In this document: one piece after another, positions 39,709 through 48,586 of the stretch | Position numbering within the stretch: the stretch's first letter is position 1 | Layout of the letters: every line of letters begins with the position of its first letter | Assembly (NCBI GenBank): GCA_049518595.1 | Contig: JBEKRP010000006.1 | Span: forward strand, 31,994 to 95,993 | From: Steroidobacteraceae bacterium | GTDB lineage: Bacteria; Pseudomonadota; Gammaproteobacteria; Steroidobacterales; Steroidobacteraceae | DNA length: 64,000 bases | Direction of reading: 5' to 3' | Translations under genes and position numbers: made by a program | Notes under the pieces: model-generated | The model's database searches: none | Told to the model about the DNA's origin: nothing | The model's input: the letters and a program-made list of their open reading frames with translations, nothing else

Positions 39709-40101
39709 GTGCTAATACGTAATCGACGGCAGAAATGCCCCGGCCGGGTTTTAATGGTCAGCTTCGGATTCGGATCGCTGCGCGTCACGTCGATCGTGTC
39801 GCGTCTGGGCGAAACGGACGCCGTATTGCTGGAGACACCCATCATGCTGGCTGTCAGCTGGATGGCTTCACATTGGAGCGCCGCCCGGTTCCAAGTGCCG
39901 ACCCACGCCGCCGCGCGATTCCTGATGGGCTCAATCGCCTTTGGTGTTCTGATGCTCGCAGAATTGGGCGTCTCAGTTGTTGTCTTCGGCAGATCTGCGG
40001 CACAACACTTTGCCGGTTACCGGTCCGTGGCCGGGGTCATTGGGCTTGCGGCCCAAATTGCATTTGCCGGCTTTCCCTGCGTACAAGCCCGGCGAGATTG
40101 A
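39709..40101 (+). CDS. Hypothetical small membrane protein (possibly 5'-truncated)
   Basis: Hydrophobic segments ..LLETPIMLAVSWMASHW.., ..FLMGSIAFGVLMLAELGVSVVVF.., ..VAGVIGLAAQIAFAGF... No recognisable family. The start is unclear. Confidence 0.3.
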   Translation: MLIRNRRQKCPGRVLMVSFGFGSLRVTSIVSRLGETDAVLLETPIMLAVSWMASHWSAARFQVPTHAAARFLMGSIAFGVLMLAELGVSVVVFGRSAAQHFAGYRSVAGVIGLAAQIAFAGFPCVQARRD

Positions 40102-40104
40102 GCA

Positions 40105-40221
40105 TCACGGCCGGTCACGACCGCGGGCCGGCTTGCGCGAGATTCCGTACTGGGCGCACAGTTCAACGAGCGAACGGGTGTCGCGCAAATGATCGGGCAT
40201 GAACACGGTTTCTGGGTGCAT
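40105..40221 (-). mobile_element. Remnant of a transposase N-terminus (IS481/IS3-like HTH segment), 38 codons
   Basis: MHPETVFMPDHLRDTRSLVELCAQYGISRKPA... resembles the ..LC..FGISRKTGYKW.. HTH that starts many IS481-type transposases. The reading frame ends after 38 aa, and no rve domain follows. Confidence 0.5.
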
Positions 40222-40477
40222 GGGCGTCGTTTGACTTGAATGTTGGGTATAAGCAACGCTGGGCGGGGAGAACTCCAGGAGGCTGCGCCGCCGCTGGGCG
40301 GGCTCGCGCAGAGCGGCACGCCTCAAGAACAACCGCCTTTCCTGGCGTTGGTAGCGGCTGAACTTGGGTATTCGCCAGCAGCGATGACGCGCCGGAACAA
40401 GTCTATGCCGCAAACTGATCAGCCCCGCCCCGGACGCTTGAGCATACTTGTATATTGCGGCAGGAGACTGAGCCCCT

Positions 40478-42046
40478 ATGGATGATCAGCCAGCCCCATC
40501 GGCGCGACGCAATCGCGGCGGCGGACGCGAGGCAAAGCGTGCTGCGCGCGCGGCACGTTCTGCCGTCACGATTCCCTACATCACGCGCGCCTTGCCGTAC
40601 TACGAGGTCCTCGATCAGCAGGGGCTGCTCACTATCGAGCGCAACGCCGACACGATTCTCGAGGAGATTGGCATCGACTTTCGCGACGACGCCGAGGCGC
40701 TCGCGCTGTGGAGGACCGCCGGCGCCGAGGTCAAGGGCGAGCGCGTGCACTTCCCGCGGAACCTGTGCCGCTCCCTGATCCAGACGAGCGCGCCGCGCGA
40801 GTTCGTGCAGTACGCACGCAATCCCGCCCACAACGTCGCCATCGGCGGCAAGCACACCGTGTTTGCGCCGGCGTACGGCTCGCCGTTCATCCGCAGTCTC
40901 GACGAAGGCCGTCGCTACGCGCGTATCGAGGATTTCAGGAATTTCGTCAAGCTCGCCTACATGGCGCCCTCGCTGCATCACTCGGGCGGCACGATCTGCG
41001 AACCCGTCGATCTGCCGGTCAACAAGCGGCATTTCGACATGGTCTACAGCCACATCAAGTACAGCGACAAACCGTTCATGGGATCGGTCACGCGGCCCGA
41101 ACGTGCAGCCGACACGGTCGAGATGGCGAAGATCGTGTTTGGGCCGAACTTCGTCGACCCGGTCACCGGACGGCCGAAGACGGTGCTCGTCAGCCTCATC
41201 AATGCCAACTCGCCGATGACCTTCGACTCGACCATGCTGGGTGCCCTCAAGGTCTACGCGCGTGCGAACCAAGCCACGATCGTTACCCCCTTCATCCTCG
41301 CCGGCGCGATGTCGCCGGTGACGGTCGCCGGGACGGCGGCGCAGACGCTGGCCGAAGCACTCGCCGGCATGGCCTTCGCGCAACTGATAAATCCCGGCGC
41401 GCCGGTGATTTTTGGCAGCTTTGCCTCCTCGATATCGATGCAATCCGGCGCACCCACGTTTGGAACGCCGGAACCTGCACTCGTGCTCTACGTCATGGCG
41501 GCGCTCGCCCGCCGGCTCGGCGTGCCGTTCCGTTCCGGTGGTGGCCTGTGCGCGTCAAAGATCCCCGACGCGCAGGCGGCGTTCGAGTCGGCTAATACGC
41601 TGCTGCCGACCTGCCTCGCGGGCGTCAACTTCGTGCTGCACGTCGCGGGCTGGCTCGAGGGCGGCTTAGCGATGGGCTACGAAAAGTTCGTCATGGACGT
41701 CGATCAGGCGGGCATGATGCAGACCTTCCTGTTGGGCGTCGACATGTCCGACAACGGCCAGGCGATGGACGCGATCCGCGAGGTCGGCCCCGGTAAGCAC
41801 TTCCTCGGCTGCGCACACACGCAGGCGAACTTCGAGACCGCGTTTTACCGCTCAGCGCTGGCCGACAACAACAGCTACGAACAGTGGGAGGCTGAGGGTG
41901 CGAGCGATATGGCCAAGCGCGCAAACGTGCTGTGGAAAAAGCAGCTCGCCGGGTACCAGGCGCCGGCGCTTGATCCCGCGATCGACGAGGCGCTGCTCGA
42001 CTACATGAACCGTCGCAAGGGCTCGTTTCCGGACTCGAATGTCTGA
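40478..42046 (+). CDS. MttB-superfamily (trimethylamine methyltransferase family) protein, non-pyrrolysine type; probable quaternary-amine:corrinoid methyltransferase
   Basis: 522 aa uninterrupted with no in-frame TAG. It shows TIM-barrel MttB family features (..YEVLDQQGLLTIERNADTILEEIGIDF.., ..INANSPMTFD.., ..FESANTLLP..) and sits adjacent to corrinoid-handling genes. Confidence 0.88.
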   Translation: MDDQPAPSARRNRGGGREAKRAARAARSAVTIPYITRALPYYEVLDQQGLLTIERNADTILEEIGIDFRDDAEALALWRTAGAEVKGERVHFPRNLCRSLIQTSAPREFVQYARNPAHNVAIGGKHTVFAPAYGSPFIRSLDEGRRYARIEDFRNFVKLAYMAPSLHHSGGTICEPVDLPVNKRHFDMVYSHIKYSDKPFMGSVTRPERAADTVEMAKIVFGPNFVDPVTGRPKTVLVSLINANSPMTFDSTMLGALKVYARANQATIVTPFILAGAMSPVTVAGTAAQTLAEALAGMAFAQLINPGAPVIFGSFASSISMQSGAPTFGTPEPALVLYVMAALARRLGVPFRSGGGLCASKIPDAQAAFESANTLLPTCLAGVNFVLHVAGWLEGGLAMGYEKFVMDVDQAGMMQTFLLGVDMSDNGQAMDAIREVGPGKHFLGCAHTQANFETAFYRSALADNNSYEQWEAEGASDMAKRANVLWKKQLAGYQAPALDPAIDEALLDYMNRRKGSFPDSNV

Positions 42047-42066
42047 TAATGGTCGCACGCTGGCGG

Positions 42067-42082
42067 CCGGCTAGCTAGCCGG
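42067..42082. repeat. Perfect 16-bp palindrome CCGGCTAGCTAGCCGG between convergent genes
   Basis: Read directly. It includes the TAG stop of the 42075..44090 gene. Confidence 0.9.
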
Positions 42083-44090
42083 GATTGATCGCACGGCGGT
42101 TGCGTCGCTCGCGCCCATCGGTCTGCACGACGGCCTTCGGCGCCGGAAGCCCCACGGCCGCTCGCAGGTGAGTGTATTGCGCGGTCTTGTGCGGAATGGC
42201 CATCGCCTCGACGAAATGGGCCTGGAAGCGCGGTTCGAGCGCAGTCTCGATCTTCTCCACGCGCCGAACGATCGCTTCGATCATCGCGCGTGAGCGCGAA
42301 TCGAGCAGCGCGATCCGGGCGCCGGTGCCCGCGGCATTGCCGGCGGAGCCGACGTGCGCCAGCTCGCAGTCAGGGATCATGCCAAGCACCATGGCGTACT
42401 TGACGTCAATGTGACTGCCGAACGCGCCGGCCAGACGGATCCGATCGACGGCGTCGACGCCTAGGCGCTCCATCAGCAGCCGGGTGCCAGCGTACAGCGC
42501 GGCCTTCGCCAGCTGGATCGCACGCACGTCGTTTTGCGTGATCGCGAGCCGATGTTCGCCGTCGGCCAGCACGTATGAAAACGTCCTCCCGTTGGCGACC
42601 ACCCGCGGGCTTTTCGCGGCGAGCGAGCCGTCGATGACGCCGTCCTGGTTGATGACACCGGCGAGATAGAGTTCGGCGAGCACCTCGATGATGCCCGAGC
42701 CGCACACGCCGGTGACGCCCGTCTTCCTGACCGCCTCGGCGAACCCCGGATCATCCGACCATAGATCGCAGCCAATCACCTGGTAGCGCGGCTCGAGCGT
42801 GTCACGATCGATGCGCACGCGCTCAATCGCGCCCGGCGCCGCCCGCTGCCCGCAACTGATCTGCGCGCCCTCGAACGCGGGACCGGTCGGGCTCGAGCAC
42901 GCGACCAGCTTTTCGCGGCTGCCGAGCACGATTTCCGCATTGGTGCCAACGTCCACCAGCAGCGTCAACTGGTCCGACAGGTCCGGACGCTCCGCCAGGA
43001 TCATACCGGCTGCGTCGGCGCCGACGTGGCCGGCGATGCACGGCAACACGTAAATGCGAGCGTTTGGATTCAGGGCGATGCCGAGCTCAGCGGCCGTGAC
43101 GGTGACGGCGCTGTCGACCGCGAGCGCGAACGGCGCACCACCGAGCTCGACCGGATCCAGACCGAGCACGAGGTGGTGCATGATCGGGTTGCCCACCATC
43201 GTCATCTCGAGGATCGCGTCACGCTCGATGCCGGTCGAGCGCGCGAGGTCGGTCGCGAGCTCACTGAGCGCGCCCCGGACCGCCGTGGTCATCTGCGCGG
43301 CACCGCCCGGGTTCATCATCGCGTACGACACGCGGCTCATCAAATCCTCGCCGAAGCGGATCTGCGGGTTCATGAGACCGGCGGCGGCCACCACGTTGCC
43401 CGTCGTCAGATCGCACAGCTGTGCCGCAATCGTCGTCGAGCCCACGTCGACGGCGAGACCATAGACCTTCTCGTGCAGGCCCGGCCAGACGGACACGATT
43501 CGTGAACGGTCGTGGATTGCGACTGTGACCTTCCACTGGCCGGCCCTGAGCGCCGCTTGCAAGCCCTGCAGCACTGTCAAATCGCATTCAAGAGCCGTGA
43601 GTTGCCACTCGCGCGCCAGCGCGTCGGCGAGCCGCTTCAGGTCCCCGGAAGGGTCGTGCATGTCCGGCTCAGTGACTTCAACGTAGTGAAGTGTGATGAC
43701 CGGGTAGAGCTCGATGTCGCGTGCCTCGACGGCCTTGCGCACCACCTGGCGGTGTACCTGGCTGGTGGCTGGTACATCCACGACCACGTCGCCCTGCACG
43801 CGCGCCTGGCAGGAGAGTCTGCGTCCGGCCGCCAGCACCTTGCGGTCGGCGAGGCCCCGCTCGGCTGCCGACATCAGCGACAGGTTCTGGGCCGAAGAGC
43901 GCACATTGTGTTTGGCGAACTCACCCTCGGCGATTAGCACCTGACAGCGCGTGCACAGCGCCCGACCGCCACAGACGGAATCGATGTCGACACCGAGCGT
44001 GCGCGCGGCCGAAAGCAGTGACGTACCCATCGCGAAGCGTCCGCGTTTGCCGGACGGCGTGAACACCACCAGGGCATCTGGTTCGGTCAC
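42075..44090 (-). CDS. Corrinoid activation/regeneration protein (RACE type: N-terminal 2Fe-2S ferredoxin plus ASKHA ATPase, DUF4445)
   Basis: The N-terminus has ..CGGRALCTRCQV.. (plant-type 2Fe-2S). The C-terminal two-thirds has ASKHA motifs (..GLAVDVGSTTI.., ..LVDVGTNAEI.., ..GICGSG-like VCGSGIIE..). Confidence 0.85.
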   Translation of the reverse strand: MTEPDALVVFTPSGKRGRFAMGTSLLSAARTLGVDIDSVCGGRALCTRCQVLIAEGEFAKHNVRSSAQNLSLMSAAERGLADRKVLAAGRRLSCQARVQGDVVVDVPATSQVHRQVVRKAVEARDIELYPVITLHYVEVTEPDMHDPSGDLKRLADALAREWQLTALECDLTVLQGLQAALRAGQWKVTVAIHDRSRIVSVWPGLHEKVYGLAVDVGSTTIAAQLCDLTTGNVVAAAGLMNPQIRFGEDLMSRVSYAMMNPGGAAQMTTAVRGALSELATDLARSTGIERDAILEMTMVGNPIMHHLVLGLDPVELGGAPFALAVDSAVTVTAAELGIALNPNARIYVLPCIAGHVGADAAGMILAERPDLSDQLTLLVDVGTNAEIVLGSREKLVACSSPTGPAFEGAQISCGQRAAPGAIERVRIDRDTLEPRYQVIGCDLWSDDPGFAEAVRKTGVTGVCGSGIIEVLAELYLAGVINQDGVIDGSLAAKSPRVVANGRTFSYVLADGEHRLAITQNDVRAIQLAKAALYAGTRLLMERLGVDAVDRIRLAGAFGSHIDVKYAMVLGMIPDCELAHVGSAGNAAGTGARIALLDSRSRAMIEAIVRRVEKIETALEPRFQAHFVEAMAIPHKTAQYTHLRAAVGLPAPKAVVQTDGRERRNRRAINPG

Positions 44091-44099
44091 GAACGCGCT

Positions 44100-45023
44100 C
44101 TAGGCCGCGGGAGTCGGACGACGCCGGTGGCCGCCCTCGCGACGACCGCGACCCGCTTCGCCTGCGGCTCCGATGGATGGCGGCTCGCGGAACTTCTTGA
44201 TCCAGCGAGCGCAGTCCGGGTCATGGCCCATCATGACATCGGCACCGAGCACCGCCTCCACGACCTCTGGGTGCAGCGGATTGGTAATCGCGGAGGTCAT
44301 GCCCGAGCCGATCGCCATCGTCAGAAACGCGGCGTTTATGCCGTTACGGCGCGGCAGCCCGAAGCTGATGTTCGAGGCACCACAAGTGGTGTTGACCCTG
44401 AGCTCGGTCTTCAGGCGATGCACCAGCCGCATGACCTGCACGGCGGCGCGATTGATGGCACCAATTGGCATCACCAGCGGATCGACCACGATGTCAGACG
44501 CGGGAATGCCGTGATCGAGGGCCCGATGCACGATCCGCTTGGCCACCTCGAAGCGCACGTCGGGATCCTCGGAGATGCCGGTCTCATCATTCGAGATGGC
44601 CACTACCGCTGCGCCGTACTTCCTGATCAGCGGCAGCACGCTCTCGAGCCGCTCTTCCTCGCCGGTCACCGAATTCACCAGCGCCTTGCCCTTGTAGACC
44701 GCGAGTCCCGCCTCGAGTGCGGCGATGATCGAGGAATCGATCGACAGCGGAACATCAGTGATCGACTGCACCAGCTGCACGGCCCTCGCCAGGATCGCGG
44801 GTTCGTCCGCCAGCGGAATGCCGGCGTTGACATCGAGCATCTGGGCACCGGCCTCCACCTGGGCGCGAGCATCAGCCTCGACGCGGCTGAAATCGCCGGC
44901 CGACATTTCGGCCGCCAGGATCTTGCGCCCGGTCGGATTGATGCGCTCACCGATGATGACGAACGGGCGGTCAAATCCGATGACGACCTCTCTGGTGGCG
45001 GAACTAATAACGGTATCGGTCAT
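44100..45023 (-). CDS. Pterin-binding methyltransferase (MtrH / methyltetrahydrofolate:corrinoid methyltransferase family)
   Basis: ..IIGERINPTGRK.., ..MLDVNAG.., ..LSIDSS.., ..NSV.. are typical of the MeTr/MtrH pterin-binding barrel. Confidence 0.85.
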   Translation of the reverse strand: MTDTVISSATREVVIGFDRPFVIIGERINPTGRKILAAEMSAGDFSRVEADARAQVEAGAQMLDVNAGIPLADEPAILARAVQLVQSITDVPLSIDSSIIAALEAGLAVYKGKALVNSVTGEEERLESVLPLIRKYGAAVVAISNDETGISEDPDVRFEVAKRIVHRALDHGIPASDIVVDPLVMPIGAINRAAVQVMRLVHRLKTELRVNTTCGASNISFGLPRRNGINAAFLTMAIGSGMTSAITNPLHPEVVEAVLGADVMMGHDPDCARWIKKFREPPSIGAAGEAGRGRREGGHRRRPTPAA

Positions 45024-46036
45024 GATGCTTTCCTGTCAGCAGAATTCTGATCGCGTCCCGGGTGCCATGGCGTGCGCCCGTCGAGCACGCCCGATCTGGT
45101 AATAATGTCGGCGACCGCCTCTTCCTGGCGGTACGCCATCACATGCACCCCGCGTACACCGCGGATGGTACGGATCTCCTGAATCAGTTCGACGCAGATG
45201 TTGCGGCCTTCACGCGCTTGATCCTGCGCGCCCGCGAGGCGATTGACGATCGCATCGGGGATGTGTACGCCGGGCACGTGGTTGCGCATCCAGTCGGCGC
45301 TTTTTGCGCTCTTCAACGGACCCGCGCCGATTAAGACGAATACCCGTTCGAGCAGCCCCAGCTCCTCCACGCCGCGCATGAACGAGCGCAGCCGCTCCAG
45401 ATCGTAGACGTACTGCGTCTGGATGAACTGCGCGCCGGCGGCTACCTTCTTCGCCAGCCGCAGCGCACGATGCTCGAGTGGTGGCACCATCGGGTTCTCG
45501 CCGGCGCCGAACAACACGCGCGGCGAGAAAGAGATCTTGCGGCCGCTCTGAAAATGGTGCTGGTCGCGAAGCATCCGACCGATTTCGAGTAACGACAGCG
45601 AATCCAGATCGAACACCGGCTTGGCCTGCGGGTGATCACCCACCTGCACGCCATCGCCCGTCAGGCACAGCATGTTGCACACGCCCATCGCGGCGCCGCC
45701 GAGAATGTCACCCTGGATTGCAATTCGGTTCCTGTCACGGCAGGAGATCTGCATCACCGGCGCGTAGCCGACGCGCGTCAACAACGCGCAGACCGCAAGG
45801 CTCGACATGTGGCAGTTGGCTCCTGAGCCGTCGGTCGCATTGATCGCGTCCACGTAGCCGTCGAGCACCCGTGCGCGCTGGTAGACCTCCTGCGGGTCGG
45901 CGGAATCCGGCGGCGCAAGTTCAGTCGTTACGGCAAAGGCGCCCGCGCGCAACACGCGCTCGAAGCGGCCCGGGGAGACGTGGCCCGGCAGGATTGGCAG
46001 GGGATAGCCGGGTACCGGCTCGTCCTCGAACTTCAT
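45020..46036 (-). CDS. metF: Methylenetetrahydrofolate reductase (MetF family)
   Basis: ..FAVTTELAPPDSADP.., ..INATDGSGANCHMSSLA.., ..ISCRDRNRIA.. The start overlaps the upstream stop (ATGA). Confidence 0.85.
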   Translation of the reverse strand: MKFEDEPVPGYPLPILPGHVSPGRFERVLRAGAFAVTTELAPPDSADPQEVYQRARVLDGYVDAINATDGSGANCHMSSLAVCALLTRVGYAPVMQISCRDRNRIAIQGDILGGAAMGVCNMLCLTGDGVQVGDHPQAKPVFDLDSLSLLEIGRMLRDQHHFQSGRKISFSPRVLFGAGENPMVPPLEHRALRLAKKVAAGAQFIQTQYVYDLERLRSFMRGVEELGLLERVFVLIGAGPLKSAKSADWMRNHVPGVHIPDAIVNRLAGAQDQAREGRNICVELIQEIRTIRGVRGVHVMAYRQEEAVADIITRSGVLDGRTPWHPGRDQNSADRKAS

Positions 46037-46506
46037 GGCGTCGGTCCCGTGCTCATCGACTCGGTCCGCTCGCGCACGACGCGCAGCCATGAGGAGCGCC
46101 CCTCAAGGCGACGGTCCGTGGGAGGCTGGAGCACGCGGATCTTCTCGCGGCCGCCCTGAATGCGCTCAGCGCCGGCGAAGGCGAGAACCCACACGCAGCG
46201 CATCTCCGACTTGATCTCGCAGTGGCCATTCGCGCGCACGCCGCCGCAGGGACCGTTGCGCATATTCTTCGGACAGTTCATTGGGCAGGACATGCCGGTC
46301 GAGCTGAGCACGCACTGCCCGCACATCTGGCAATCGAACAATAGCCCCTTGACGGTTCGCTCGACGCTCACGAACGGCCGCTCCAGTCGCTGGTAGCCGA
46401 TCGCCCTGAGGACAGGGGCGAGTCGCACCAGCATGCGCTCGAAGGCGCTATACAAGCGATTGAGGCCCCGTGCACGTCGGACCGACCACAGGCGCACGCT
46501 GTACAT
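46033..46506 (-). CDS. MTHFR C-terminal-like zinc/Cys-rich protein (MetV-like, PF12225 type)
   Basis: Cys-rich core ..CQMCGQCVLSSTGMSCPMNCPKNMRNGPCGGV..GHCE.., characteristic of the small partner of clostridial-type MetF. Confidence 0.8.
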   Translation of the reverse strand: MYSVRLWSVRRARGLNRLYSAFERMLVRLAPVLRAIGYQRLERPFVSVERTVKGLLFDCQMCGQCVLSSTGMSCPMNCPKNMRNGPCGGVRANGHCEIKSEMRCVWVLAFAGAERIQGGREKIRVLQPPTDRRLEGRSSWLRVVRERTESMSTGPTP

Positions 46507-46850
46507 CAGCGCGCTCCGGAACCATCGGCCGAAGTCGCGTCGCCGGCCAGACGGTCGTCGATGCCCTTGGAGCGGATCATGCGCTCGAGGTCCTCGTCGG
46601 TGTAGCGGGCCTCAAGGACCGCAGCCTCCGCGTCGGCCACGGCCCGGAGGTCATCACCGCACAGGCGCGGCGGGCTGCGTTTCCAGTCCGCGAGGTAGGC
46701 CTGGGAGCTACCCTTGCCCGCACGCATCGCGGCACGGTCAACGGCCTCCTGAAAGCGCTGCGACAGTTGCACCTTCGCCGTCTCACGCCCACGCTTGACG
46801 ATGACCTGGGCGGGGATGTCGCGCCACGAGATGATGATCAACTGACCCAT
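46506..46850 (-). CDS. Small conserved protein of the corrinoid cluster ('virulence factor' domain family), function unknown
   Basis: 114 aa, MGQLIIISWRDIPAQVIVKRGRETAKVQLSQRFQEAVDRAAM.... It is tightly packed between DUF1638 and the MTHFR_C gene. Confidence 0.6.
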   Translation of the reverse strand: MGQLIIISWRDIPAQVIVKRGRETAKVQLSQRFQEAVDRAAMRAGKGSSQAYLADWKRSPPRLCGDDLRAVADAEAAVLEARYTDEDLERMIRSKGIDDRLAGDATSADGSGAR

Positions 46851-46863
46851 GCGACTTTGCTCG

Positions 46864-47520
46864 CTAGGCCGCCGACGCTGCACCCGGGCGCTCGACGACG
46901 ATGCGGATACCGGCGCGGCGTACCACCTCCGTGAGGCTGGTCGCCAGATCGCCGTAGCCGCCGTCGCGCTGCTCGTACGCGAGCCCGAGCCGTGCGGCGA
47001 TGGCTCGCGCCTGCTGCACCAACTGCGCATCGGGCAGCTGCGCGAGATAGACCACGCGGCGGTAATGGCGGAAATACTCCCTGGCGAGCTCGGGATGGCG
47101 GTCGATCCCGAGACCACCGACGACGAGGCGCTCGAAGTGCCGTAGCAGGAAATCAGTGAGGTAAAACGTGCCGGGCTCGGCGTCGGCCAGCGCCGCGAAG
47201 ACCTCTGAGGTCGCGAGGAATTCATAGCAGTGCGCGCCCGGGAGCCGCTCGACACCCTCCTCGGCCAGCATCCGATCGAGTGCGCCGCCGGTGCCGCAGT
47301 CGGCGTAGGCCACGAAGATGCGCTCATAGCGTGCGCGCCCCACGCAGATCGCGCTGCGCACGGCCGCGGGGATCCGCTCGGGCCGGTTGTGCAGCTCAGG
47401 CGGCAGGCAGGTCACGTCGAGCGCGGACCAGCCGCTCGCGCGCTTCAATGCCGTGATCTCGCGCGCGAGCGCCCCGCAGGCGATCACCAGCACTCGGCCT
47501 GAGGACCGCACGGCAGACAC
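46864..47520 (-). CDS. DUF1638 domain protein
   Basis: ..VLVIACGALAREI...LPPELHNRPERIP...YADCGTGGALD...HCYEF.. The GTG start at 47520 lies 7 nt after the corrinoid protein stop. The longer ORF-track start overlaps that gene. Confidence 0.75.
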   Translation of the reverse strand: MSAVRSSGRVLVIACGALAREITALKRASGWSALDVTCLPPELHNRPERIPAAVRSAICVGRARYERIFVAYADCGTGGALDRMLAEEGVERLPGAHCYEFLATSEVFAALADAEPGTFYLTDFLLRHFERLVVGGLGIDRHPELAREYFRHYRRVVYLAQLPDAQLVQQARAIAARLGLAYEQRDGGYGDLATSLTEVVRRAGIRIVVERPGAASAA

Positions 47521-47527
47521 GTCCGGC

Positions 47528-48226
47528 TCAGCGCGCCGCCCGGCGCGCCGCAACCATGGACTTGGCGGTCTCGACGGCGATGGCGGCGTCGCGGCAGTAA
47601 GCGTCGGCGCCGATGGCTTTGCCGAATTCCTCATTGAGCGGCGCGCCGCCAACCAGCACGATGAATTTGTCGCGGATGCCCTTTTCCTTGAGTGTGTCGA
47701 TAACGACCTTCATGTAGGGCATCGTGGTCGTCAACAGCGCCGACATGCCGAGAATGTCGGGCCTGTGCAGCTCGATCGCCGCCAGATACTTCTCGACCGG
47801 ATTGTTGATGCCGAGGTCGATGACCTCGAAGCCGGCACCCTCGAGCATCATCGACACCAGGTTCTTGCCGATGTCGTGGATGTCGCCCTTGACGGTGCCG
47901 ATGACGATCTTGCCAATTGGCTCGACGCCGGTTTCGGCCAGCAGTGGCCGGAGAATCTCCATGCCACCCTTCATCGCATTGGCCGCCAGCAGCACCTCGG
48001 GAACGAACAGGATGCCGTCGCGGAAATCGATGCCGACGATGCGCATGCCTTCGACCAGCGCATCGTTCAGCACCTTCTCGGGAGACCAGCCGCGTCCAAG
48101 AAAGATCCGGGTCGCTTGCTCGACCTCTTTCTTGAGGCCGTTGTAGAGATCGTCGTGCACCTGCTCGGTCAACTCCTGCTCGTTCAGGCTGTCGAGATCA
48201 AATTCCTCGTTCTGGCCATCGGCCAT
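47528..48226 (-). CDS. Cobalamin-binding corrinoid protein (B12-binding cap plus Rossmann domain)
   Basis: ..GTVKGDIHDIGKNLV.. is the DxHxxG B12-binding motif, followed by ..GMSALLTTT.. and ..VGGAPL... ATG at 48226. Confidence 0.9.
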   Translation of the reverse strand: MADGQNEEFDLDSLNEQELTEQVHDDLYNGLKKEVEQATRIFLGRGWSPEKVLNDALVEGMRIVGIDFRDGILFVPEVLLAANAMKGGMEILRPLLAETGVEPIGKIVIGTVKGDIHDIGKNLVSMMLEGAGFEVIDLGINNPVEKYLAAIELHRPDILGMSALLTTTMPYMKVVIDTLKEKGIRDKFIVLVGGAPLNEEFGKAIGADAYCRDAAIAVETAKSMVAARRAAR

Positions 48227-48586
48227 CGAATTTCTCCCACAGTTGGTGCGAAGCGCGTTCTGAATTTCGGCCACGGACGATCCCAGTTGGCGATGGTACA
48301 GGCAGGCAAAGCCGTGCAATGCCGCTTTCGCGACCCCTACATGTCTCGGCGCGACATCCCTGCCCGCCACGCCCGTCGTCGCGGGCTTTCGGCGGGCATA
48401 GCCGTACTTTTCGTGACATAAGTAGTCGTGTCATAAGGGGCGCCTTCTGCAGAATCACTCAAGTCAATCACTGATATGTCGAGCAGCGGCAGCAAACAAT
48501 CCTCTCGCTCCGTAAGTTATTGATCATGAAAGAATGATCTGGAGAAAACCGCTGGTTTTTGACTCCACGATCCGGAGTAATCAGTC

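Noticed and set aside
40478-42046. In-frame amber (pyrrolysine) codon in the MttB homologue
   Set aside because: The ORF is uninterrupted for 522 codons, so this is a non-Pyl member. No pylTSBCD genes are in the window.
46506-47327. 273-aa ORF spanning DUF1638 antisense/out-of-frame sequence
   Set aside because: Only the last 114 codons (from ATG 46850) look like a real conserved small protein. The upstream part overlaps the DUF1638 gene in another frame and is Ser/Arg/Pro-rich.
48227-48440. Cobalamin riboswitch upstream of the corrinoid-protein gene
   Set aside because: It would be expected from context, but the AGGGAA...GCCACTG...AGYCMGGAGACCKGCC blocks are absent. Only generic hairpins are present.
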